A DNA stretch of 63,838 bases, filler included, from Perkinsus chesapeaki ATCC PRA-425 (lineage: Eukaryota; Protista; Perkinsozoa): assembly GCA_013115145.1 (NCBI GenBank). It is 12 parts of 12 records of this genome, joined end to end, with 100 filler letters (N's around TTAATTAATTAA, not from the genome) between each part and the next. Parts side by side here need not be neighbours in the genome. Positions count along the whole stretch, not along the records: positions 34,903 to 37,723 come from JAAPAO010001518.1; positions 37,824 to 39,286 come from JAAPAO010001946.1; positions 39,387 to 46,031 come from JAAPAO010001069.1; 9 more parts are not named here. One strand, 5' to 3'. The notes beneath the pieces are model-generated. The model searched no databases and was not told where the DNA came from. It worked only from the letters and a program-made list of their open reading frames with translations. Shown piece after piece: positions 35,377-46,131 of this stretch. Position 1 is the stretch's first letter. Every line of letters begins with the position of its first letter. Position numbers and translations under genes: made by a program.

Positions 35377-37228
35377 TTACGGAATTGGTCTTCTGCACCA
35401 AGCGCAGTGTGCTTCATCTTTCACCTGACAAATGTAATCGCCGCGTGCTTTCCGACTCCCAAATCGTACCTTCAAAACTTCAAGCCCGGCTCTTCTTTTA
35501 GTGATCGAAGTTGGGTACCAGGGATCAGCATCGCCATTAATCGACAATATGTTTGTGGCCCCATGCAAGCTGCCACCAACATATTCTTGTGTCCCCTTGA
35601 GGGATTCTAGTATCTTAGGATTACGGAAGCCAATCACAAGCGAGCCGGGCACATATGGAGCACTACGTCATCTCTAGACAGGCCAAAGCCTTCCCTGCAA
35701 ACCATCAACCAGAAATCTATCCCGGTTTCTCGTGTATAAAAAGGACATGAGCCTGGCTTGCACTCTATTCGAAGCCCGCGAGAGTAGCACGCGAAGAATT
35801 GATCGAATCTTTGCTCCCATGAGCTTTTTGCATCTCTTAGGCTAAGAGCACAGCAGATCACAATTCAAACCGGGCCCAGTGACATACACCTTAATTAATA
35901 AGTCTATCCTCTTTACTCGGCAAACTCCGGGTTTTGTAGGGCGGTTTGTATTGTAAAGGTCCGCCAGCTTATCAAGCATTGGTTCACTGAAGAGAGAATA
36001 GCTTAACCGAAAGGGATTTCTCTCACCTCCCCTTCGCGAGTCGTTGGCAAATCTTCTTGATGTNNNNNNNNNNNNNNNNNNNNNNNNNNNNNNNNNNNNN
36101 NNNNNNNNNNNNNNNNNNNNNNNNNNNNNNNNNNNNNNNNNNNNNNNNNNNNNNNNNNNNNNCCCGGGCAAGATACGAGACATCAGAGCCGAAAGTCATT
36201 TCCACCAGCTTACAGATCATCTACCAGTTTGAACTTCAACCCAGGTGAAGATAAGACGGCTCCGAGAAAGATGTCGGGATGGTGCACCCGTGCCATTGCA
36301 GCGACAGTCTGAGATGAATGTGTTATTCTGTATTATCATGAAACACATTTAGTTTGTACCCCGGAAGTGCTGCATCCGAAAACGACAATCTTCATATTCG
36401 GAGTCTCTTCCCGTAGTCGACGTCCGAATAAAGCGACATCTTCAACACTTTGCCATATTGTGTGCAATTTTTTCAAAGTCCCAACAGAGAAATCGTCTCT
36501 TGGAAGGCTAGAGCCGGAATACCTTCAAAGGAGCATCCCAGCGTAACAACCCTGATGTGCCTCGCATGTGTACCTTATGTCGAGTAATAATACGCCTGCC
36601 CCAGCTTGGCGTGCCGCGTCCATTACGTCGTATGAATATCTTGGCTCGATAGAAGTAAGACTCACAAACACTAACTGAGAGAAGAGATATCAATCACTGT
36701 TCAAAGCGCCGTGTCTCCTGCCCGAAAATTTGAGCTTTCTGAGGAGTCGCTATGGGCCTACCGGTCTCTCAGCATCGCAAAATCGCCATGAGGCCAAAAA
36801 CTCCTGCTTAAAAACACCACTCTCTCTACCTGGAAGAATCAAGAGTTAAGATGGTACAGTTTTCCAGCTGAGCCACTCAGCGTGAGTGCCACGTTAACGC
36901 CTGGTATAATTTAACAACAATAGCATGCGAAAGACAATAGGATTCTGTGGATAGCAATGCCTTGAAGAAACTACTAAATATCTCCGCCATGCGGGATCCA
37001 CCCACCCTGATGATGATCCACAATTTGCTCAAACTCGAACTTCCTCCAATCCCACTCTGACCGTGCATATCTGAGTTGAATGTATATATGAGAGTTCCAG
37101 GACAAGAGGACGGCGATGATAGCCGTGCCTCCGTACTCACGGCTTGCCAAGTGTGACGGTACACCGGAAGCTGTAAGATGTACCAGTATGAACAGCACGT
37201 AGAAGTAACCCTTGAAAAGATGCGCCAT
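35377..37228 (-). CDS. Secreted serine carboxypeptidase of family S28 (PRCP/TSSP-like), multi-exon, spanning an N gap
   Basis: Signal peptide MAHLFKGYFYVLFILVHLTA; FEQIVDH; QSVEDVALF; IVVFGCSTSG (nucleophile); AAMARVHHPDIFLGAVLSS; TNILSINGDADPW (Asp); AHCAW (His). The 3' end may extend further. Confidence 0.8.
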
Positions 37229-37823
37229 TAATGTTGTCAGTGATACAACTAGATCACCCTGATAACAGTATAGACCGACAAATAAATTTACAAAGAGACG
37301 GCGTACACCAGCTGAAGCGGAGCGAATTACTTAAATATGAATCGTGTCTCCTGCTCAGGAGACTGCGTCTCACGCACCGCAAGTTCACATGTAAATCACG
37401 CAATTCCTGCATATTGCACAGTTGGAATACCGTCGTATTACTGGCTTCTCTCACTTGAGGGTATCAGCCTATTACTTGTCTCCCTCAAAGTCGTACCTTG
37501 CTACCCATGAGCCGGCTCTATACTTCTTGTCTTATTACTACGTTATCCCCAAAGACGCGTTGGCAACGAGATAGTGCATATGCAGTCTTTCAACCCGTCT
37601 TACGTTCAGATAGTGTACGACTGATGAAGTTGTATTTACAAAACATGATCATTTCTGCCCCTACTTGATCTAAGTAGGGGATGATTCGAGTACTTGATCC
37701 ATACTTTTCATTTATACTGTATCNNNNNNNNNNNNNNNNNNNNNNNNNNNNNNNNNNNNNNNNNNNNTTAATTAATTAANNNNNNNNNNNNNNNNNNNNN
37801 NNNNNNNNNNNNNNNNNNNNNNN

Positions 37824-39286
37824 GGATGGTATGCGACCTTCCTATCGCAAAATTGCAACTACGGTGTATCCTCATGTCCGAGACGTTAACCAGCTTGCCG
37901 AGAACTTGATATTGTGGGAGGTGCACCAAGCTGCTGGTCCTTCCGGTGTTACTACTGGTAAAGATGGTGTTAAGGCTGTGAACGACATGGAATCTGGTAC
38001 CATACAGTCATCTTCTGGTTTCAACCCCAATGAGGCTGACTCTGCGACTTCGGGTACGAGCGGGCCTGCTCCTTCAACGGGTGACGACAACTCCGGTCCG
38101 CAAGGTGTACGGGGCAGGAAGCCCATCAAGTGCTGGACGTGTGGAGGACCGCATTTGCGTAGAAACTGTCCACTAGGGCGTTCAGCATCTGGTTCCACCA
38201 CACAACCTGGACAGCATTCTACGGATGATGCGAGTGTTCCCAAGAATAACTTCGAACTGGTCGACGTGCTCGTTGATGAGGAGGACTGTGTGCGTCAACT
38301 GAAGATGGGCGACCCTTTGTTTCAGCTGATTTTAAGAGAAAAGGGTGATTGTGGTGCTCGTGTCGAGTGCCTGTTGGATACTGGTGCTCGAGGCTGTGGT
38401 TACATGTCCCGAAATCTGTATGAGAATTTGAAGTCGGTTAAGGTCATTACTGATAATCTGAATCCTTGTTCTGGCGTACGTTTCGGCAATAACCTGCCCT
38501 GTGGCGCCGATGGCGAGATCACCCTGACTGTTGACGGTTATGGTGAGTTACCTTTTAAAGTTCTGCCAGCCCTAGAGCCAGATGTCATCCTTGGTCTATC
38601 TGCTATGGCTCGTTGTCCCGGTCTTAGGCAGCTACTGCTTGGTTACTTGGCTGATATGCCGAATCTACTTACCTTCCAGATGATCAGACCTGATGACTGC
38701 CGGGTCATTGACTGTTCCTCTGATGCTCTTTTTGTTACTCAAACTGAGGATGGTTGCTTTGAAGTTCATTGTCCTGCTTTTGAACGGGGGCATATCCTTC
38801 CATATGTTGAGGCGCCTAGGCGGCGTAGTCTATGGAAAGCTGAACTGATAAACCGCTGGATAACCGCCGCCAGTAAAGATGGTCGATGGTCCGAGATATC
38901 CCCTGACCAGGCAGTATTTATTTCTGAGGTGGTACTGGTATGTAAAGATCCTTCTATCGGTATTCAGAATCCATCTGGTTTAACCGATGACCAGATTCGC
39001 AAGCAGTATCGTGTTACTTTGGATTGTCGAAGGGTCAACAGTCTCAAGTTGTACGAGCAGTCAACCGGAGAGTACGTGTGGCTTCCGGATAGAGACGTCG
39101 GTGGTGCTTCGTCGGCGGAGGTAACGCAGTCACAAGCTACCGCCTTTTCCTTGCTGACACGTTGGCCTTTAACTTGCCGCAGTGTGTACTTCAAATTGGA
39201 TATATCCGATGCGTTCGGATCTGTGAAGATTGCAAGTGGCTTACGAAGGTTGTTTTGTGTGAAGACATCTGGTGCTTCCGGTTATG
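37824..39286 (+). mobile_element. Ty3/gypsy-order LTR retrotransposon fragment: gag zinc knuckle, protease and RT N-terminus in one frame
   Basis: CWTCGGPHLRRNC knuckle, LLDTGA protease, YRVTLDCRRVN and YFKLDISDAF RT motifs. Both ends cut by spacers. Confidence 0.85.
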
Positions 39287-39386
39287 NNNNNNNNNNNNNN
39301 NNNNNNNNNNNNNNNNNNNNNNNNNNNNNNTTAATTAATTAANNNNNNNNNNNNNNNNNNNNNNNNNNNNNNNNNNNNNNNNNNNN

Positions 39387-39878
39387 TAGTCATAGTCGTA
39401 CCGGTCATAAGACCACCAGTAATAGTAATAGTTGTACCGGTCATAAGACCACCAGTAATGGTCATAGTTGTACCGGTCATGAGACCACTGGTAATAGTCA
39501 TAGTTGTACCAGTCATAAGACCACCAGTAATAGTCATAGTTGTACTGGGCACCATCCACTGGTAATAGTCATAGTTGTACCGGTCACGAGACCACTGGTA
39601 ATAGTCATAGTTGTACCAGTCATAAGACCACCAGTAATAGTAATCGTTGTACTGGGCACAATCCACTGGTAATACTCATAGTTGTACCAGTCATAAGACC
39701 ACCAGTAATAGTAATCGTTGTACTGGGCACAATCCANNNNNNNNNNNNNNNNNNNNNNNNNNNNNNNNNNNNNNNNNNNNNNNNNNNNNNNNNNNNNNNN
39801 NNNNNNNNNNNNNNNNNNNNNNNNNNNNNNNNNNNACTGGTAATACTCATAGTTGTACCAGTCATAAGACCACCAGTA
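39387..39878. repeat. 36/35-bp tandem minisatellite upstream of the helicase-transposase gene
   Basis: Unit TAGTCATAGTTGTACCAGTCATAAGACCACCAGTAA, plus a 35-bp variant (...GTACTGGGCACCATCCACTGGTAA). At least 10 copies, with an internal N gap. Confidence 0.9.
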
Positions 39879-39964
39879 TGGGGCATAGGAGCATAGTAAC
39901 TCAATTTCTTGTTTGTTCCTTATGTCAATTCATTATCAGAATTTTCATTATTTCTTGGACCACT

Positions 39965-42900
39965 ATGGCAAGCCTGCGTGATATGCTCGATGGAGAACAG
40001 CGCCGTACTTTCGATCGTATAACCGACCAAATCCGTGAAGGTCCGCCTGAGCAGAGGTTCCACTATATAACCGGTTTTCCCGGCACTGGCAAATCTTTCT
40101 TAACCAGAGCGATAATCGAAGATCTCGAAGCAGACCACAAAGTCATCGTCTTGTCATGGTATGGACTAGCTGCTCGGAGCCTGGGGGCATCAGCGCAGAC
40201 TGTTATGGCTTATTTTGGACTCACCTTCGCGCAGAGCGGGATTGTTGGTGACAATAGCTACTTACGATCCACGGATGCAACGCAAGCAAAGATGGTGCAG
40301 TATCTGCTCAAACACAAGGCTGGGGAGGTGAAATCTCCCAAGCTAGTTATATTGATTGATGAAGTCGGAGCGTTACATAGTACCGTCTTGGATGCTATGG
40401 CCGGCGCTATACGGGATGCAAGGCAACCTTCTCGGAACGAAGCTGGGGTAGATTTACAGGACGGCCCATTCGGCAATGCAGCTGTTATCCTGATTGGGGA
40501 CCCATGCCAGACGGGCAGAGTATCATTGACGACCAACTCACCAGATTACCCTCCCAATCTTTTTCCGACACAGGAATTCTGGAACTCGAATGCATGGAAC
40601 GAAATGCACCCCACCGTGTACTATTTGAAGACCTTTCATCGAGGCAGTGACGAGGGATACCTAACACTGTTGAGCGAGATAAGATCAGCCCCACGACTCA
40701 ACCCGGGCGTTCCTCAATTCTGCGCCCAGTCCATGACAGTGTTGCAGAGCATCAGAGATCGAGACGGCGGGAAACAGGCACCCAGGTAAGCAGGCATATT
40801 TGCGGGAAGTAAAGATCTAGGTCGTAAACTTTGCTGCGCTGCTTAGCGAGAAGTTGCTACTTGAAGTAGCCTGCTTTGAGATCCGTCAAACGGATCCCGT
40901 TACAGATTATAGTAGAATCATTCGCTGTACCTGAAGGTAAAACGAGCTTATCAACCCAGTCCTTGCGCCTTTAGTGCTTGCGTTCGTCGTATAAGCGGGA
41001 TCATCAAACTGCAGCTTGGCTCCTTGTATCAGGTTCGATCATGTCGTTGTTTGCTTGACTAATGCAGAAGTTGATCAACGTAACAAGGAGTACCTCCGAA
41101 CAATACCTGGTGAAGAGTATCAAATTGAAGCCATTGATACCTGTGGCTCGAAGAAGCCTGCCAGCAATATCGACTACAGGGCGGTATCCAAGCTAGGTTT
41201 TAAAGATAAGGTCGTCTTGAAGGAAGGCTGTAAGGTGATGGCTACAGTGAACAGTAGCGCTCGAGCAGAAAATGAGAAGTACGTCAACGGCTTGATGGGC
41301 AACGTTGTCCGAATCTACTGGGATGCAGAATCTCAGCCGGTGGTAGTCGTCAAATTCGATGGACTGGCAAACAACATTCATGTCAAGCGAGAGACTCTGA
41401 CTGTTCATAATAGTGATGGAAGCGTCCGATTCCAGCGCAGGCAGATACCGCTAGTGGTGAGCTATGCCGCTACTGCTCACAAGCTGGTGGGTTCTACACT
41501 GCCGGGAGTCTGGCTACACTTGCCTGCAAAGCATGGGAGACAAGACGATCTTATCAGGCAGTTCTGGGAGTCGCCTTGGCTTCACGGGCTAATCTATACA
41601 GCACTCAGTCGGGTGGGAAGTAGAGACAATATCCGTGTCTATCCACTAAGGAACACCGAGAACCCCTCCTTGGTGTATCCTATATTTTCTATGAGCCCTT
41701 CAGCACTAGAGTTTGACAAGATGTGCTTGCGTGATGATTGGATAGGAGCCACACAAGCCTTCAGACCCGTCGAAGCCCCTTCGAGCTCGAGCAGCGTGCT
41801 ACGCCCTGGAGTGGTAGATGATGCAGCTATGTCGCTATTGACTGGGCACATCGCAGGCCTAAGAAAAGAAATGGAATGCTGCCAGGCCAAAATGATGCTC
41901 CTACATCATTACACGACTACTCGCCGAAGCTCGGTATCTGGTGAGCCACTGAACCCCGTCTTCTTCTGCGCCCAGAATGCCTCGCTCGCGGCTAAGATTG
42001 ATGAGCTACCGCTCGAAGTCCAAAAGAGGTTCTACGACTTACTTGATGAAAAGCTCAACTTGACGAACCCAGCGCCAACCGGTGATGAGCTCCGAGACTC
42101 GATGTATGAGTTGGCTAGGGGAGTCGCTTCCGCGGCTTCAGCCCAATTTACCAATGAGGATATCCCTGCATCAGCCTCAGGCTCACGAAGATCGGACGTT
42201 GAAGGGAACCTAGTGGATGATGTCGAGGATGACGATGTCTCGGTTGATCGGAACTCTCCCGAAAGCGTATCAAGTGACGGGGAGAACCCACCCAGTAATG
42301 GCATGGATCTTGGTGACGAAGAGCTGTCGGAGAATGCGAGCGAGCCATCCGAGGAGAGTGACGAGTCTTCAGATGAACCATTCGAGATCCCACGTCAGCC
42401 AGATGACCCTCCCGCAAATGAAGCTGAATTTGCAGACGACCCTTTCATAGTGTATGAGGGCAATTTGCTCAACGTGGTGTCTCAGTATCTGAAGGAAAAC
42501 CCACACTATCGATTGGTTAACAGCACCCTGGAAGATCTCAGGAGGGATAGGAAAACCTGCTACCTCGAATGCCGTCGCTCAATCTCCTCTCGGAACGAGG
42601 GAGAAGAACCCACCAAAGGCAGCAAGCCTGATTGGAGATTGTGGCCGACGTTTACATGTCCTCTGAGAAAAGTAAAAGTGCACGGAGACGGCTCGAGATG
42701 CACCTTCTACCCCCTCCGCTCGGCTGGTGCAACATCAGAAGTGTGGCGTTCCCATACTCACTTCCCTGGGACAGAGCGCTGCAGGAGTGCAACGATTCCT
42801 CCTGATGTTATCGATGACTGGATTGTTTCTCTAGCATCCAACCCATGTTTGTCTACGGCTGAGCTCAAAAAGAGTAGCTATCAGAAAAATATGGCCGGTG

Positions 42901-44958
42901 GGTACTCTGCTAGGACAATGGAGTTCATAACTACGAAAGGCCTCGGGAATTATGAAGCAGTCAAGGCTGCCATACGATCCATTAAAGGCTCTCGAGATTG
43001 CGGACTCAGTGTAACTGCTTTTACTCGGGGCTTGCTGGAGATGTCGTGTGGCTCCGAGCGTCTGCGTGGTGAAATATCTGATATTATTAGGGCCTTGGAC
43101 GCTCTTGAATGCGGTACTCACACGAGTGATGAGTTGGAGATTGCTCGCGAAGCAGACCGGTGCTTAGTGCTGGAGAACATCCTATGCACCACAGCACCAG
43201 CCTCGCCCGAGTGTGCCTCCGAGGCTTTGAAGAGCTACTCAGCTGTCATCACTTCGCCACGCATGCTACGAAACCTTCGGTCAATTCAGACCATGGGCAT
43301 CGATGCAACGTTTAACTTGACACACGCAGATTTAGCTTTGGGTATCGTATGTTCTTTGCCAAGGACCTCTACGGCTCAGCCGATAGCAGTTGTGGTTATG
43401 ACTAAGGAGTCCACAGAGTGTCTTCAGCATGCCCTACGTGAACTTAGCAACGCTGCTGCATGTCTTGGGCTCGAAGGGAGTGATCCTCGCGAGGTCGTGA
43501 TGGATGGGAGCTCGGCTATACATGCCGCGGTGATGTCCCACTACAGCGAACTCGGCCATACTCCACCGCAATGTATAAGCTGTTTCTTTCACACTCTTAA
43601 GAGAGCAAAGGAGTGCAAGGCCAAGGCCCGTGTCCCCCCTCCTTTATGGAGGGAAATCAAGAAAGACCTGGACCTTCTCGGATCAGCGTACAGCCGCATC
43701 GACTGGGAACAAATGAGAACTCTTTTCATGCGGAAATGGACAGAAGGCAGGATATTGCCAGAATTGTAGTCGTTTTGAAATCATTTCTTCAGACTATGTG
43801 ATGGACCTTCCGTTAGCAGACCAAGGAGCCATCAGCCGCTTCCTAGAGGAATTCTCTGGCTACTTGGACCCTTCATCATGGCGAAGCAGGTGGTCCCGGA
43901 GCTGTAGCGAAGTGTGTGGGCCTAGAACGAATAATCAAGTGGAACGCTTCAACAAGGAGCTGAAGAAATGCCTCCTACCTTCGCGTTCAAGGCTTTCGCT
44001 CCACGAGTTCGTTACCTTCCTACGAAGTGAAGGCGACTGGGCTGCTATCGCACAGTATGGCCGTGATGATGTTAGGGGGCAACCGAACCAGAAGGTGAAG
44101 GACGAGGCTGCGCAGCACTTTGCACGACAGACGTTCTGTGGGATCCCATCAACTTGGTGCCTGGCTGGTCAAAGTGATTCTGAATGTGCACCTGCGATTG
44201 AGAAGTGGATATTTCTAACGAAGGCTAAAGACTCCACATTACAAGACAAGAGCATGTTGGAGCATATCCAAGAACCTGAGGCACGAGCGAAAAAGTTCCA
44301 TGGAAGTACATACGTATCCCTCAGCGAAGCTCACAGAGTGAAGAAAATGTACTCGATGGTCGGTTACTTGCAGTCAGGAGAGTCCCATTCTCTGCATGAC
44401 TTGTGGTGCACGTGCACTACATGGCTCCGTGAAACGGTTTGTAGCCATACGCTCTGTATACATCATCAAACCAGTGAAGCTGGTTCCCCGGCAAATGATA
44501 TATACTGGAAGACGGCGAATTGCAAGTTCAAGCGACCTAAGCAGCGCAGAACTGGCCAAGGCCAATTCGATGATAACTCGCTGCCTCACAATGCTAGATA
44601 TGGGCTGAACCCTCGTCGCAAAAAGAATGAAGCTGCTTCAACACAACGCAGATCGCGGCGACAGGCTCCTCCACGCGAAACACCGTCTGCATGTCCGAGC
44701 TCCGCTGTTTCTGAGGGGCACACAATAGAGCAGCATGAGCCTGCAGGTAAGGTTTTTGCTTTGGCATCAGTACTACTCATTTCTCACAACTACTGTAAAG
44801 TTCTGATTCAGGTGATCCGAAAGTCACCGTGGCTTTCACGGAAGGGCTCTCTGCGAGTTCCCGCCAACCACCTTTCATTCCTACAGCGGAGGAGGGAGCA
44901 ATGTTCGGTGGAGAGTCTGAAGAGCCGTACAACTCGAATTACACCTCACCGAAAGTAA
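39965..44958 (+). CDS. Pif1-family helicase fused to Mutator/MULE DDE transposase with a zinc-finger DNA-binding region and SWIM finger (~1500 aa after splicing)
   Basis: Helicase: GFPGTGKS (40073), IDEVG (40358), IGDPCQ, YVNGLMG, SYAATAHK, YTALSRV (~41610). Then, without a stop: C..C..HTH finger, GIDATFNL (D 43302), VVMDGSS (D 43503), CFFH (43581), TNNQVERFN (E 43942) and SWIM CTC..CSH (44407-44448). Introns 40786-41032 (GT-AG) and 43747-43792 (GC-AG) restore one frame. The 3' end may include further small exons. Confidence 0.85.
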
Positions 44959-46131
44959 GCCCTGAACTGTCACGCAAGCGGGGGAAGACGTCTTCAGAAT
45001 GCAATTCCTGAACCTCATGTAAATTCGATTCCCATAGCAGTACGGAAGCCCAAACGACGCAGGCGCTTAGATTATAACACCTTGGGAAGAAACGGAACAC
45101 GCACTTATCTGGATGAATCAGGTAATCAAGATCTCTTTATTGTGTTGCATTGTTAACATGTTGCTGGTTGTGATGCACCGATTTCTCTCAGAATCTGAAG
45201 CAAAGTGAATTATGGACTCCGCATTCAAGAGTCGGTACTACTTATGCATGATGAATCGATAAAACGAACTTACAATCCTTTATTCTTGATTTGGGATCAA
45301 TGGCTTTGTTGAGTTTCGAGAAACGCGCAGCGCGTCACGTGCTTATCGACTCCGATGTAGTAGCACCGCTTCGAACAACTTTCAAGTAGATTCTACGTAT
45401 TAGATTATAAGCCGAAGGGTATGCTCTTGCCACAAGAGTCTTGTGCTGCACAAGTTGTGCACAATTTAGACTCTTATCGGGAACCGTTTCATCTATAAGG
45501 CTCTCAGATCAGAGGCTGCTGAACTAACAGTTCAAAACAAGATCTCAGCCGATATAACCTACAGTGTAGGCTGCGATTCAGCCGCTGCATAATCCCAAAT
45601 TTATGCCTGGCGCAGGTGTGCCACTCAAAAACCGCGGGCGTTTCGAACTCGAGCCTTCGTTATTCATATTGTACCAGGTGGATTGAATCCACTAGATTCT
45701 AATAGAATCATTATATCTGCGTCTATTTTCCATATGGACTCTTACAGCAATTCTCTTGCTACTCGATCTTGAATGACACTGTGATACATTGTGGGCGACT
45801 CCTGTATTGCGCAACTCTATGCCAAGTACATTACAAAACCGCCCTGAAGGGCATGTCCTACGAATCACAGGCTGAGTCACAGGCTACGGCCGGGCTGCGG
45901 TCGGGCTACAGTAGCCGTCACGCCCTCGTCACAGTGTGATGCAGCACTTGCGCAGAACTTAACACTCTTGTGCGCCATGATGGCGCAGCCATCAGCAAGC
46001 CACACTCGATACTCTAGCCTAGAATATTCAGNNNNNNNNNNNNNNNNNNNNNNNNNNNNNNNNNNNNNNNNNNNNTTAATTAATTAANNNNNNNNNNNNN
46101 NNNNNNNNNNNNNNNNNNNNNNNNNNNNNNN

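Larger units (their letters stand above)
39387..46031 (+). mobile_element. Putative Pif1-carrying Mutator-like DNA transposon (termini not resolved)
   Basis: Intact-looking MULE catalytic residues and an upstream tandem array. No TIR pair or TSD is visible inside this contig. Confidence 0.45.

Noticed and set aside
39331-39904. ORFs with TTMTITGGLMTG or YDYYWWSYDRYN repeats
   Set aside because: They are translations of the minisatellite; the 35-bp variant units break frame and all frames look equally open.
39965-46031. Helitron interpretation of the Pif1 gene
   Set aside because: No HUH/Y2 Rep motifs precede the helicase, the fused nuclease is DDE/MULE type, and no canonical TC...hairpin-CTRR ends were identified.
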